NCBI RefSeq assembly: GCF_000315625.1
Contig: NW_005434541.1
Location: 90,401-154,400 of the forward strand
DNA from: Guillardia theta CCMP2712
Taxonomy: Eukaryota; Protista; Cryptophyta
DNA: 64,000 nt
Reading direction: 5' to 3'
In this document: positions 23,401 through 36,300 of the stretch, one piece after another
How the letters are laid out: every line of letters begins with the position of its first letter
Position numbering within the stretch: the first letter of the stretch is position 1
Translations under genes and position numbers: made by a program
Notes under the pieces: generated by a model
The model's database searches: none
The model's input: only the letters and a program-made list of their open reading frames with translations
Told to the model about the DNA's origin: nothing

Positions 23401-25067
23401 TGCAGATGTCGCTGGAGGTGATGTGGAACAGCCCGAGCGTGATGTTCGAGTGGCAGGCGCACGAGGAGGAGCTAGTGTTCATCGCGATCTCTCAGTCCAG
23501 CGAGAGCTCCAAGTCGCTCATGGTAACGTGCGCCAAAGACAACTACGTGAAGCTCTGGACCATGAGCGGAGTTCTCATCGGATGCTTCGGGCATGACGTC
23601 TGGACGATCCAGCTGATCAAAGAAGCGATCACGCACGGGGCTGAGAGGCAGGCCCAGCTGATCCTCAACGAGAGGATGAGGCACGAGCTCGAGGAGCAGC
23701 AGCTTCGCAAGTGGAATGAGGAGCTGAGAAAGAACCAGGAGGACGCGCGACGACTGGAGGAGGAGCGCCAGCAGATGCTCGAGTACAGGGCGGCCAAGGT
23801 CGCAGACCGGGAGAAGCGAGAGGAGTACATCCGCGTGCTGGAGGAGTCGAACAATGTCAACGACCGGATCTACTCCAAGATCCTCCGCACTGGAATCCCC
23901 GAGGACACCTACCAGATTCTCAGCCAGCCGCTGCTGGACTCCATCATCGAAGGCAAGGGAAGGCCGACGGACTGGCGGTTCGCCATGGGCAGAACAGTCA
24001 GACCGCACGACGACGATGCTGCTGCGCTGCCTGCCAGGAGACGCCCACCTGTTGCAGAGCCCAGCAGACCGACGGGCTTGTCATTTGAGAGCGCCTACGC
24101 CAGCTACACGCTGACAGACGTTGACAACATTCCCTGGCAAGACCAGGCGAGCGAGCCCAGCACCATCCCTCGACGCCCCCACAACACTGTCGCTGCTCTC
24201 TATGAGAGTCAGGACGGAGAGCAGCCCGCGGGCGGCAAAATAAACTTCAACGAGGCGGTCAACTCTGCTGGTGCTGGCGGCTCTGCTGGAGCTGGCGGGA
24301 TGGCCAGCAAGGTCGAGCATCTGCTTGCAAGCCCGTCGCTTGTGTCGGAGGCGAACAGAGTCTTGAGCTCTACAGAGAACAGGACGGAGACGATCAAGCC
24401 GAGGGTGGTCGGAGCTCTCGAGCCGCAGGGCCTGAGCAGCAACGTGAGGAAACTGCTGACGACAAGCCTGCCGACAACGAGGCCGCGAGGGTCGTGGACC
24501 TTCGACGAGATCACCTTGAAGGAAAGCGGGCAGGGGAGGATGCGACGTCAGATTCCGCGCTTTGACCTCTCGGCGATCAACCAGGATCGGGATAGAACAG
24601 CAGCCGAAGCTGCATCCTCCAAGATGGAATCAAGCCACCTCTGGAGCCGATCCTCCTTGACTCCTGAGTCAGACTACAGGAACAGACCGGAATCTTGGCG
24701 GATGCCTTACAGTCCCGGCATGGGAGCAGAGGGTCGGCCTCACTCGCTCCTGGTGTCGGTGGAGGACGAGAGCTCGAGGGCGACAGGCTTGTCTCTTCGT
24801 GAGTTCGACTCTAGACCGCCGACTACTCCCCGGGTCGTGCGAGTGAAGAAGCTTGACCTCAGCAACCTCCGGCCCAGCGCCCAGCAGCATCGTACTCCAC
24901 ACCCCCCCTCAGCTGGACTGTCCACAGCGAGGACAAGGCCGCAAACTTCAAGGATGGCCTCCAGCAGGCTGGGAGAAGAGAAGAAGCCATCTAACTCGAG
25001 CTCGTCCATCCCTCGCCATCGCTTGCGGCCCTTCACAGCAAGAGACGGGAAATTCCGAGGGAGTTAG
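20420..25067 (+). CDS. EF-hand + WD40-repeat protein (WDR49/EFCAB8/WDR64-like) with an inserted C2 domain and a disordered tail
   Basis: A spliced exon gives FSKIDANGDGRVSWEEFSDYVL (EF-hand). WD repeats such as GHAKPVFC..SGGQERVIILWN and LHGHNACITSI..VMVWD. C2 domain: KVVEAAELPAADANGFSDPY..LNPVWEQEF..VLDQDKFGSDD. Confidence 0.85.
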
Positions 25068-25209
25068 GGGGGTGAGGAGGCTGAGGAGGAGGAATATGAG
25101 AACAATTTAAAAGATCCAGTGAATTAAAACAAATGTGACGATGAGATAAAACAGGATAGCACAAAATTATCTTCTCTTCGCACAATCTTCTTCTCCTCCT
25201 CAATCTGCT

Positions 25210-26073
25210 CTACCATTCGCCATTGTTGTTGTCGTCTGACCCGCACGCGACTCGATGGCGCAAGCTCGGAAGCTCCTTGTCATCACCGGCATGATAGCTC
25301 GAGCCGCATCGCCATCCTTCAGTGTCTTCCGTGGCCATCACGACGAAATCATTCCGCCTTGCCTCCTGTTGTATCGCATGCGAAGACCACAAGGAGAAGG
25401 CGCTGCCGTGCGGGTTGTATACGTTCGCCTCATGGCTGTTTCGAGTGACCTTCCTTCCAGGGAGCTCCTTTCCCACCCACCACGCTGACGAAGAGACTCT
25501 GCCGGACTCTCCGCCCTTGTCCTTCTTGTCCAGATGATCCAACGGCCTCGACAGCTGATCGTTGATCCGCCTCATGCCATGTTCCACAGTGTCCAAGACA
25601 GAGATCGAGCTCGGAAGTCGCGAGCCGACGAGAGCATTCACCTCCTCGCTGCCATCAACGGCTCTCGGCCGGCTAAGTCCGAGGGACAGACAAGCTTTCT
25701 GCCTTACGCTCGCTGCTTCTGTTTCATTCATGAGCTGCCATGAAGTATGAACCCCACGAATCGAAGCGAACACTCCCCCTCCAGTGCCATATCGCATTCC
25801 CTGCCCCCATGATGCGATGGCGTTCTTCGTTGCCACGTCAGACCCGTACGAGCAGTTAGCGGTGCCGCGAGGGACGTTGTCCCATGCCGAAGTCGCAGCA
25901 GCTGTGACACAAGTCGGAGAGGCCTCGTGCACTTGCGCTTGAGGCGGGGAGCCCAACCTTGGCTGCGTCATCTCCAGCCCCTCCCCCTGAGCCAGCGACA
26001 TGTTGGTGGGAAGCTTGCAAGGCCATGGGCCACGTGTCATTTTCGAGTAGATACAAACAAGGGAACAAAACAA
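25210..26073 (-). CDS. Hypothetical protein (single long ORF)
   Basis: 287-codon non-repetitive ORF with a promoter-like TACCC-rich zone upstream (26250-26480). No recognised domain. Confidence 0.45.
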   Translation of the reverse strand: MFCSLVCIYSKMTRGPWPCKLPTNMSLAQGEGLEMTQPRLGSPPQAQVHEASPTCVTAAATSAWDNVPRGTANCSYGSDVATKNAIASWGQGMRYGTGGGVFASIRGVHTSWQLMNETEAASVRQKACLSLGLSRPRAVDGSEEVNALVGSRLPSSISVLDTVEHGMRRINDQLSRPLDHLDKKDKGGESGRVSSSAWWVGKELPGRKVTRNSHEANVYNPHGSAFSLWSSHAIQQEARRNDFVVMATEDTEGWRCGSSYHAGDDKELPSLRHRVACGSDDNNNGEW

Positions 26074-26868
26074 AATCGAGAGTCTGATATGGAAGCTGAT
26101 GAGCAGAAGCTTTCAGAACATACGAGCCCTGCAGATGGCTCTCCCCTTAGACGATGTCCTCCTCTCCTTCTACTTGATGTCGCTCCTACTACTCTAGCTT
26201 CGAACCCCTTGACTTCTCACACTGCCATGAAACGGCCCCTCACCCTGTAGCTGCAACACAACCCCACCGGTTACCCTACCACCCACCTCCGATACACCTG
26301 CACACCCATCAGATGCTTTCCCTACCCCTTCTTTGAAACAAGTACCCTATCTTATCCCTCATTTCTCCAGTATAATCACCGGGTACTATTTACCCCCACC
26401 CACTATTTTTGGATGACTTCTCCAGGTTTGCACCTGCTGTTCACTCAGTTTCCACCCCCTTTCTGCCCCTTCGGTACCCGGACAGCATTTAAAATGAATT
26501 TATATAGTTTTTAGATCAGGTACCTTGCTAAAACTGATTTGACATATTTTCACTACCAAAAATACGTAATAATATTCTTATTAATTTTTTTCCTCAAGAA
26601 TTCATAGAAAGGTTTTAAAAAATGATCCATAGTGTAAATTATTTGATTGACACACAGTTGTGCACCAAGGATAATTTCAAATTTCCTTTGCAAGAAATAA
26701 ATTGTTGAAATTAGCTGGTTGACTCTTTGAAATATATGACTCCTCCCGCTCCCGAAAGCCAACATTTTAAAACTACTTTTGATATAATGCGTAGTGGAAC
26801 GTTACTGTGTAACGTTTGAATTCCAACGAGTCGTAACGGCCCCATCTGTCTGCAGGGATGATGAGGGG

Positions 26869-27408
26869 ATGTGGGCTTGGACCGAAGAGAGCGTGCGCAT
26901 GGCTAGTTTAATCCGCGTCGGGGCTGGCGCAGCTATGGTGTACACCATCGCGGGGATGCCGCCAATGGCGAACGTTCCGATCATAGCCAGCACAAGAAGA
27001 GCGGCAGAGTCAGTCTTCAACGTCATGTTCAAGACAGCCAAGGGAACAGGAAGGTGAGAGCGCTTGCGGGGATGGAGCACAGGATGAGGTGTCTTGAAGC
27101 TCATGCATGGAGGATGTGTGGATGATGGGTGCAGTGAGTTGAAAGATTTAGCCTAGGCATAGCTTCATGACAAGCTTGGTAGCCCCATACAGGATGATTG
27201 ACCACGTGCGCTGTCGAGAGGGGTTCCTTCAGAGCTGACCCGTTATGCCGCCCTGCTTCTGTTAACGCTGATCTGCAGAGCTGCATGGTATAGCGCGACA
27301 ACACTCTTCGTCATGGTGTGTCCGGTACTTTTCATCATGGACACAAGCGAGGCACCCTCTGATGCATCGGCGGCGTCGGCAGCTCTTCCACAGCCCGTAA
27401 AGGTTTGA
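26869..27408 (+). CDS. TOM22: Tom22/Tom9-like mitochondrial import receptor subunit (start uncertain)
   Basis: Intron 27054-27278 joins ..KTAKGTG-R-AAWYSATTLFVMVCPVLFIMD... The W-x3-TT-x6-P spacing matches the Tom22 TM segment (yeast AWTLTTTALLLGVP; plant STGKAAWIAGTTFLILVVP). Stop at 27406-27408. Confidence 0.6.
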
Positions 27409-27892
27409 TTTGAGGGCTAGTATCAGAATTGCAGCAACCCGCTTTATCGGCATCAGCTGCAAAGAACCTGATCCTTAGATAATCATCTAACAGGATCGTC
27501 AAGAAATATTTGTGCACATACATGAGACAATCGGATTGAAGTTTTACTCGTTAGCAAATGAAAACAATCGTTGACTTTGTGCTTGGCGTCTCCAACTTCT
27601 TGTTACAAATGCGATTCCGTCCCTACGACGAATTCATCGACTTCGACGAATGAGTCCTCAATCTGAATGTAGAAGAATAGCGAATAGCAAAATCTTTACA
27701 AGAGCTGTTCACAGCATATCTCAGCAGTTGTGATGAAGCTGAAGGGAGGTTGCAATAGTCATTGCAGATGAGTTAATCACTAGAACACCGGAGAGCAGTT
27801 CTTTCAGTCACTAAAAACACAAAGCCGAGTCAAGAAAGATGATATATACAAGTAGATAAGGGAGATAGGGAAGAATTCCGAGGAGGAGAGCA

Positions 27893-28928
27893 TCAACGGC
27901 GAGAGGTCAATCTGATCTTGAGGCCCTTCATGAATCTCCTGTTCGTTGCTCTGCCTAGTTCGAGGATGGTGCCTCTGTTCTCAAAACGCTTCAGCGGATT
28001 CTTGATGAGAGGTCTGCCACTGGGAGATGTCAGCCTAGTCGTCATGCTCTTAGACGGCGAAGAGAAAGCAGGGGATCGAGTTTGTTGTCGCTCACTACGA
28101 TCTCTGCACTCTTCCTGCATGCCACTAAAATCAGCGATTGGATCTCACTTACACAAGAACATGCACAACCTTGCTAACAACGAGCGTATCCTCCTTATGT
28201 GTCGTTGGTCTTGTCAGTTGTTCGACGGACTGGTCCAACACTTTGCCAAGATGCTCTTGCGAGGTGGATATCTCGTCGAAATAGACAGACCCGCGGTAGT
28301 TCACATGCGAAATCCTCTTCTTCGATACCCGGATAGCAAGACAGTCGTCTAGACAAGTCTGACTGCCATCCACCATGCTGATGCCGAAGGGGTCAAGGCA
28401 GAGATCTCGCTGGCTTGCCATGGGTGTTGCTGCTGAGTTCATGTCTTCCTCAAAATAGCAGGTCATCAGCCTATCCCCATTTACTTTGGTTGTCACCATT
28501 GCAGGTTGCTCTTGTAAAACTTTCATCCACTCAACAACGAGCGTGTTGGTCGTAAACACCTTCCTGTATGAATTGTCTATACAAGAACGTACATCCGACG
28601 CGCATTCAACACAATGCACAAAGTCGGGATCGTTGCAACATGATGCGCATGCCATGTGCTGGCAGGGCAAGGTCTTGGGCAAATGTTGTCCATGAATGCT
28701 GAAGAACCTGAGGCATCGGCAACATTTCGGCCATTCTTCATGTCTTTGAGCATCTGATAGATCATCGCTTGTGAAGACCTTGAGCGGTGTGGGAGCGCAA
28801 CTCAGATCTTGGCTGGTTTGAATCGGATTTCTCGTTTCGCGAGTTTTTTTCAATGCGTTTCCTTGCTGCTCCCTCTGCTTGAAGCATCTTCCCTGGGAAG
28901 GACAAGTTCGCGAATTTCTGCAAGGCAT
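27893..28928 (-). CDS. RING-type zinc finger protein
   Basis: CCRC..LPKTLPCQHMACASC..CVEC RING signature; probable short intron near 28125-28170. Confidence 0.65.
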
Positions 28929-29509
28929 CTTGTTGATGGTTTCTACTTCACCAGCCCTCTGAACAACGAACAAATACAACAAGAAATGGGAATATCTCGT
29001 TGACTGCACTGGTATTCGCCGAGTAGATTTGAGATAACTGAACTAGGCATAAAGGGCAGTTCTCCCACCTAAAATCTCCTCTCTCCTCCCTCCACTTCTC
29101 TCCCTCCCATTTCCTGTCTCCTCTCTTCTCACTCCTGCTCCCTCCCCTCTGCTCTCTGCTCTCTGCTCTCCCCTCTCTCCTCTCTCCTCTCTCCTCTCTC
29201 CTCTCTCCTCTCTCCTCTCTCCTCTCTCCTCTCTCCTCCCTCCCTGCTTCTAGTTCATCAGAAAAGAAGGGCAAATGGCGCATGGGTATTCCCGCCTTCA
29301 ACAACCAAGCTTGCCTCACTAGATTTGAACTGTGATAGAAAAGGCAGAAACAGTTCATGTATCTTCTTTCTTAGTCATTATGTTTTTTAAAAAAAAGGCA
29401 GAGCCTATTAGTGAGCTCTCCATCCATGAAAGTTCAGTGCATGCTCCCTTCTCCATGCCGCACAGGCTGTGTGCCGCAGTCATGTCTGCCGATCTATGAC
29501 CGTCATCTC

Positions 29510-29560
29510 TACCATCATCATCATCTCTACCATCATCATCATCATCATCATCATCTCTGC

Positions 29561-29618
<58 letters not shown>

Positions 29619-29841
29619 GCAGTCTAGGTAGACGATGTGGCCGATNNNNNNNNNNNNNNNNNNNNNNNNNNNNNNNNNNNNNNNNNNNNNNNNNNNNNNN
29701 NNNNNNNNNNNNNNNNNNNNNNNNNNNNNNNNNNNNNNNNNNNNNATCATCATCATCATCTCCTCCACTATCATCGTCATCGTCATCTCTGCCATCATCA
29801 TCATCATCATCATCTCCTCCACTATCATCATCATCACCACC

Positions 29842-29872
<31 letters not shown>

Positions 29873-29883
29873 CCACCACCACC

Positions 29884-29914
<31 letters not shown>

Positions 29915-30040
29915 CCACCACCACCACCACCACCACCACCACCACCACCACCACCACCAGCATGTTGATCTCCATCATCACCACCATCACCATCACCATC
30001 ATCATCTACACCCTCATCCTTATCATTATCTCCATCATCA
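29510..30040 (+). repeat. (CAT)n/(CAC)n compound microsatellite spanning a gap
   Basis: Directly visible; source of the poly-H/D/M/V ORFs. Confidence 0.97.
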
Positions 30041-30248
30041 CATGTACTATGGAATAACTTTCTCGGACTTTGCAGGTATCATGCTACTGAGTTCGAAGTC
30101 TTACAGCAGACCTGGACGTGAATGTGACGGCCTGCCTCTTCGATTACTTGGAGGCCAGCCTCAATGCAGACTGGTCGGTGACCAGTGGGCAGAAGCAGCT
30201 ATGACGTGTCGTTGAACAGGTCAAACAAGTCACTTTCCATCGCTCGAG

Positions 30249-32441
30249 ATGGCAGAGATGAGCAGGCAAGCAAGAGCTCCGATGACGCGCTACCAGACGC
30301 TGGTCTTTTTCATCGGTCTGATGGCTGTGCTCGGGATCTTGATTCTTTTCCCTGCCCTCCTCTCCTTCATGGATCCAATTGAAACACTTCCCCATGAGCT
30401 TCCTCGCACTACTGCTCGCAATTCGCCGACAAGAAACGCTAGTTTGGCGACTTCCCCTTCAACATCCCATTGGAGATCGAGAATAAATCCAGCAGAAGCT
30501 GGAAGCAACATGTCTGAGAACAGAGTGTTGCTCGTAGCAAACAGACGACAGCCGCTGGCGGAGGAGAGGATTGTTATAGAGAGGGATGAAGATTTCTCGC
30601 AGAGGCTCAAGGCGTTGGGCTTCTCCGTGACGGGACCGAGGACTTGGGTCAATGTCACCCGAGGGGACAACGAGGATTGGATCAATCACACGATCCAGCT
30701 GTGGAAGATCCCAGCTTTCCGTCTGTCGCACCATGTTGTCAGGGACCTGGTTGCCCACCACGAGCCCACCTTTCAAGAGCTGGGAAGAGCACAGGTGAAC
30801 CAGCAGGAGGGGCGAGGTATTCTTTCTCTCTCCTACTACCCCATGATGCCGGAGACGCTCCCCGGCGTCGCTACTCTCAGCGACGTGATTGTGCACACCC
30901 ACGGGCAAGTGAGAGACGAAGAGGAAAGAGGAGGGAGGGACGGAGGGACGGAGGGACGGAGGAAGCAGTTGAATGCGGGAAGGGAGGGGGGAGGGGGGAG
31001 GGGGGGAAGTGGGCAAGGAGAAAGCGAACGAGGAAGTGGAAGGAGAGCGAGGGAGCGAGGGAGGGAGAGAGGGAATGCTCTAACTGTCATGTGGTAGATT
31101 CAGATTGATTCTGCGACGAAAAGGACACTGCTAGTCCTCAAAGGTTGTAAGATTGTCAGCACTCGTGCAGCTCACTTCCTCCATCGCCTCGGCCTCCCCC
31201 ACCTCCACCGCGTCATCGTAATCTCCCAGGTCATCCTTTGAATCGTACATGAGCTTTCCTGAGGCAACAAGTCAGTACTGGGGCGACAACTACTATCACT
31301 TCATGATCGAGTGCCTTCCAAGGTGATCCCTTGCCGTGTCTCACCTCCCCCTCCTGCTCCCTTACAGCATATCCCTGATGTTTGCAGGCTTGCGCTTGTG
31401 ACGAGGCTGCTGGAGGAGCAGAAGGAGCTCGGCTGGCATGTCCATGTCATGCGTAGCAGAGTCTCACGTCTTGTGCTTCCTCTCATGGGCGTCAAGGCCA
31501 ACAAGATCGGTTAGTCTCACAGAAGTCGTGCAGTCATGAACGTTTACTTCCTCCAGTCAGCGGCAGCATCTTTGCATCGCTCGCGCTCGTCCCTGAGCCT
31601 GTGCCCTGTGCTCGATGTCCTGCCAGTATGCTGTACGAGCAGCCAGTTCAACGCATCCTGCTGACTTGGGTGCAGAAATCTGCTCAGAAAGACGCTGCTT
31701 GCCAGTCCTCAAATTGCGGTGCATCCGAGAAGGTGAAGATCGACAAGGGGACGCAGCAGCAGGGGCCTGACATGATTCAGCGACAAGTGCTCAGTCGTGC
31801 TTCTCAAGAGGAAAGGTGTAGCTCGTCAGATCCTCAACCACGACGAGTTGATGCTGACTGCACGTGCGGCTCCTTCGACCCTGCTGCAGCGGCTGACACG
31901 TGCGGTCAAGGTCGAGAGCTGCCGGCATGTGACATTCGCGAGCACAACCAGAACCTGCCGCTCTCTTCTCAGCTTGCCATCTTCCGTGACGCTCGTGCGG
32001 TATGTGACCTGCCCATGATGGTCGGAAGATCATGACGATCTTAAGGTGTTGGCTCCACACGGTGCGGGCCTGTCGAACATGGTGCAGCAACAGCAGCAGG
32101 GCAGCAAGGGAGCTTGTTCCTGACCCAACTTTCAGGTTGTCTGCAAGCCTTTGACGTTGGTAGTCGAGTGTCTTGTGGCAGGAGAGCATTCTTCTGCTTG
32201 AAGTACCCTTCACGTTCCTGATGCTTGACGTGCAGGGTCAGAGATCAATATCGTCTATGCTGTCATGGCCTACAAGCTGCAGTTGCGATATATCGGTCAC
32301 TCCGTCAGACAGGCTCGCCAGGTGCCCCTGCCCTTTTTCTTCTTGTTCGCACAGCCTTTCAATGATTCAAACATTCCGTAGGATGGCCCAATGCGAGTGA
32401 GTGTAGATGTGGTAGTGAATCTGTTGAAAAGGAATGTCTGA
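30249..32441 (+). CDS. Glycosyltransferase family 61 (DUF563)-like type II membrane protein, multi-exon
   Basis: N-terminal TM LVFFIGLMAVLGILILF. Later exons encode YWGDNYYHFMIECLP, LSSQLAIFRDARAV and LAPHGAGLSNM (GT61 hallmark). Confidence 0.8.
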
Positions 32442-32728
32442 CTTGCATCATTGACGTCTATGAGATCGCATGCACACGGTCACATGCAATCTTGCTTCTC
32501 TTCTCTTTGAAATGCTCTTTGATGTTTGTCCTTTTGTTTTATTTCAATCAAGAACGATGAAAACTTACTTGACCTGTTTGCCTCCAAAATGTACAAAGGT
32601 CGTTATTTCCTTCCAAAAATCCTCCTCAGCTTCGACAACATGCGCTTCTAGTCCCAACAATGTCTCGCCAACTAGCTGTACTTGAAGTACCACTAACTAT
32701 ACTGCGCATCCTCTCAATCATTGAAGTG

Positions 32729-33258
32729 TTAACAATCCTCTTCCTCACAACAGTGCCTCATCGCATCCTCCATCAGCTCCCCCAGCTCCAGCGATGTCGT
32801 CGCCCACTGGCTCCCCTCCTTCTCCTTCCCCTTCCCCTTCTCCTTCTCCGCCTCTGCTGGGCTCGTCCTCATGTAGGGCCAGCGCGGCAGCCCCAGCTTC
32901 TTGCACGCCATCTTGAGAGCCGTCAGCGAGATCCCCTGCGGCACGAGCAGTCAGCGGGGAAGCGAGGAGGGGATAGGGGCACGAGGGCCTGGCCTACCAG
33001 CTTGTCGGCGGCAGACTTTTGCTGCATGTGGAAGAGCGCCAAGATGTCCTTGCTGGTGAGGAAGACGGGGCGCTTGACGGGGTCAGCATGAGGAAGAGGG
33101 GAGCCTTTCCTGCGCCGAGGGAGGATGGTGACACAGGAGCCTTTCTGAGCGGCTTCTTCGTTTTGATTGCGGTTGGTTGTGCTCAAGCACATTTGCTCTT
33201 GAGGATTTGATTCATGCACGCTGTAGTCTCTTGCGAATGAGTTTACATCTAAGAGCAT
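32729..33258 (-). CDS. RWP-RK transcription factor, copy 1
   Basis: LTSKDILALFHMQQKSAADKL|GISLTALKMACKKLGLPRWPY; intron 32936-32997. Confidence 0.9.
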
Positions 33259-33539
33259 CCCTTGAATACAGAGACGTAGGGGAAGGTACGTGGAATGAGG
33301 GAGGATGGAGAGGGTCGGAGAGATGGATACAAGGAAACCTTAAGGCTATGGGGCAGCAAGAGGCGGGAGGGCAGTGAGGGATGTTTGGGGAAGAGACGTT
33401 GTAGCAAACGTGAGCGGGTCCCGTCCAAGAGGAGCTGAAGGTGCTGAAGGAGGTCTACTAGGCGTGAGATACGAGGGTACTTAAGTCACGGTCACGAGGT
33501 ACAACACACGGAGACCACCCCTACCACTCGTTCCATTCC

Positions 33540-34240
33540 TAAAGTGACCGGTGTCACACAGGCAGCGCCGGAAGCTGCGGCTCGCGGCCCGGGACTCCTG
33601 GGGCTGGCGGCATCGGAGTCCGGTTGCCGGCCCGCCGCCGGCCCGCCCGGCCAGGCCCGGCCCACCGTGGGCCAGCCGGGCGGCGAGCCTAACTAGTAAC
33701 GCGCGGCGCCCCGGTCACCGTGCTGATCTATTACTTAACCGTCTTTGAGTAAACTTCACACCGTGACCGGGTCGGACTCGGACGCGGGGCACGGCGGTGC
33801 GGGTTTCACAACCGTTGCTTGACTACGGTGAGTGAGTTCAACTTGCAAGTCCGATCACGGCCGACTGACTCGGCGGCCGTCCGATCGGAACTTCCGTTAC
33901 CGTGGCCGGGTACGGTATCCGGCCATGGCCCGGGCGGCCGGTGAGCAGTCACGCGGCAGTGCCCGGGGGCCCGGCGGCCGGCGGCCCGGCCGCGGCCCGG
34001 CCCAGCGCGGCGGAGTCCAACGACTGGCAATAAACTTCAAGTTTCAGTTGTCAAGTTTCAAGTTTCGAGTCAAGTTTGGCCAGCAGTGCCACCGGATGTT
34101 CTCTTTCGGAACTGAACTCGGGAACTTCCGTTTCCGGTGTTGACGGTGACTTCAGATAACTAACCGTGACCGTTATTGGCCGGGTCACCGATGGCGGAAC
34201 TTCGGAACGTTGGCAGCCTGGTTCAACGGTTCCGAAGTTC
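33540..34240. other. Intergenic CCGG island
   Basis: About 23 CCGG counted by eye in about 640 bp; the Arg/Pro/Gly ORFs here are compositional. Confidence 0.75.
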
Positions 34241-34563
34241 TACTTACATCTAAATATTCAGTGACTTGCCGCGAGGCACTTCAACAGATGCCAGTCCGAA
34301 AATTGCAATGATTTGAAAGGGATTACTAATGTGTCACTTTGTTTTCACAGTGTACGATGACAAGTGGCGGCCGAATTCTTTGCCAACGCACTCAGCGGCA
34401 ATGATCCAGAAAACAGAGCCTCGGAACAGCTCCAATGCTATCCTTTCCCATCCTTGAATTTCATGACATAGTAATTCATTCCACACATTGAAGATGAAGT
34501 GTTAAAGATATATGCTAAGTACTGTACAGATGAAACAAACTATACTTGAAGCTGCTCTTCCTC

Positions 34564-35075
34564 TCAATCTTCTTCCTCACAACAGTGCCTCATCGCATCC
34601 TCCATCAGCTCCCCCAGCTCCAGCGATGTCGTCGCCCACCTCCCCTTCCCCTCCTTCTCCTTCTCCGCCTCTGCTGGGCCTGTCCTCATGTAGGGCCAGC
34701 GCGGCAGCCCCAGCTTCTTGCACGCCATCTTCAGGGCCGTCAGCGAGATCCCCTGCGGCACGAGCAGTCAGCGGGGAAGCGAGGAGGGGATAGGGGCACG
34801 AGGGCCTGGCCTACCAGCTTGTCGGCGGCAGACTTTTGCTGCATGTGGAAGAGCGCCAAGATGTCCTTGCTGGTGAGGAAGACGGGGCGCTTGACGGGGT
34901 CAGCGTGAGGAAGAGGGGAGCCTTTCCTGCGCCGAGGGAGGATGGTGATGAAAGGCTCCATCCGTTTTTTCGAGAAAGATTCATTTGCAAGCTGTCCTCC
35001 ATTGATATGCGTGAGTGCTATAGTAGCAGGATTTGCTGTTTCAATACACTGGCTAGAAGAAATGTGCTGCAGCAT
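34564..35075 (-). CDS. RWP-RK transcription factor, copy 2
   Basis: Same RWP-RK domain and an identical intron to copy 1; different N-terminus. Confidence 0.9.
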
Positions 35076-35646
35076 GATGCGGAGGCCTCAAACCTTTTTT
35101 TGATTTCTCGTGTTTGGATACAAATGGGATGGAAGGTTTCTACTGTAGTGTGACAGTGATATGATGCGGAATGAAATTGATGTGAATCTTTGAGACAGGA
35201 CAGTCAGGTACAACCGCACAGGAAGCTTCTGTCGCAAAAGCTAGCAGGGGAGAATTAAGAAGGGTGCGGGGGGGGGCAGGAGAAAAACAATCACGACGAC
35301 AGGGGGGCGCTGACATGATATTTCATCCCTGGTCTTAACAGTTGTCAGCAGGTCACACGATGAAACCAGTTAAACCCCCAAAAATTCAACAATTTTCAGC
35401 AGATATTTGAAAATATCACGTTACCGACTAGTTTTGGCGGCAACCTATCACGGTACGGTCTGTCACTGCTCAGTCAAAACGTGTAAACTCTCAAAACAAG
35501 CCTTGAAGTATGCCAGACAAACAGTCATCGGCTCTACTTCTACGACTCTATATCCAGTCGTCACAAGAAGTTTTCTACACTGACAAGTTTATATAAGACA
35601 GTAGGCTGACTTCTTTAGTAGGAGTCCCCGCCGGGTTCCGGTGAAC

Positions 35647-36300
35647 TCAGAGCAGGACTCCTGAAGCCGAGCGGCCCGTGACTCTAATAAAAGCCGCGGC
35701 CCGCCGGGCCCAGACTGAAGGATCTGCTACAGCTTTGCTACAGTTCGATACGCCTGCTCTAGAAATTTCTGGAAGATTGAGAAAGGGAAAAAAAAGCAAG
35801 AAGACGAGTACATACCAAGAGAAGAGCGCTATCATCGGGGGTGTTCGAGATATTGATATCCTATTGATATCATGAACTCCAAGGATAACTCCAAGGACAT
35901 CCTTGGAGTTCATGAAAGTGATCCTGTTATCATCATCGCTATGTCCTGAATCTTTTATGAAAATCATGTTTGTACAGGCCTGAGCTTGTAATACACAGAG
36001 CGTCAGTTTAAGAGAGACGAGCGCGTAAAAGACTCCAGCACTTGGAATGCAGTCAGAAGACCCCCCCTCTAGCGTTGATGAAAGGTCTGCCGGAGAAATG
36101 AAGGTTTTCAGTCGCACCGGGATCCCGGAAGTGTCCAACTGGAGTGAAGAAAAAGAGTGTTGCCGGCATTTCATTTCTTCCGTTCTGAGTGTCGCCCTGT
36201 TTGTGCGGGTTGTATCTTCAGGATACAAACTGACACCACGCTCAAATTTTTCACATTTGGACTATCAAAGTGTGAGCTGCGCGTTCGTTGATCCTGAGAT
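35647..36300 (-). CDS. Hypothetical multi-exon protein
   Basis: 193-codon open frame containing apparent short introns; no recognised domain. Confidence 0.3.

Noticed and set aside
29355-30215. Poly-His/Asp/Met/Val ORFs
   Set aside because: Translations of the (CAT)n/(CAC)n microsatellite across an assembly gap.
33551-34143. Arg/Pro/Gly-rich ORFs in the CCGG islands (also 58019-58610)
   Set aside because: Open in several frames because of extreme GC content; no coding-like codon pattern.
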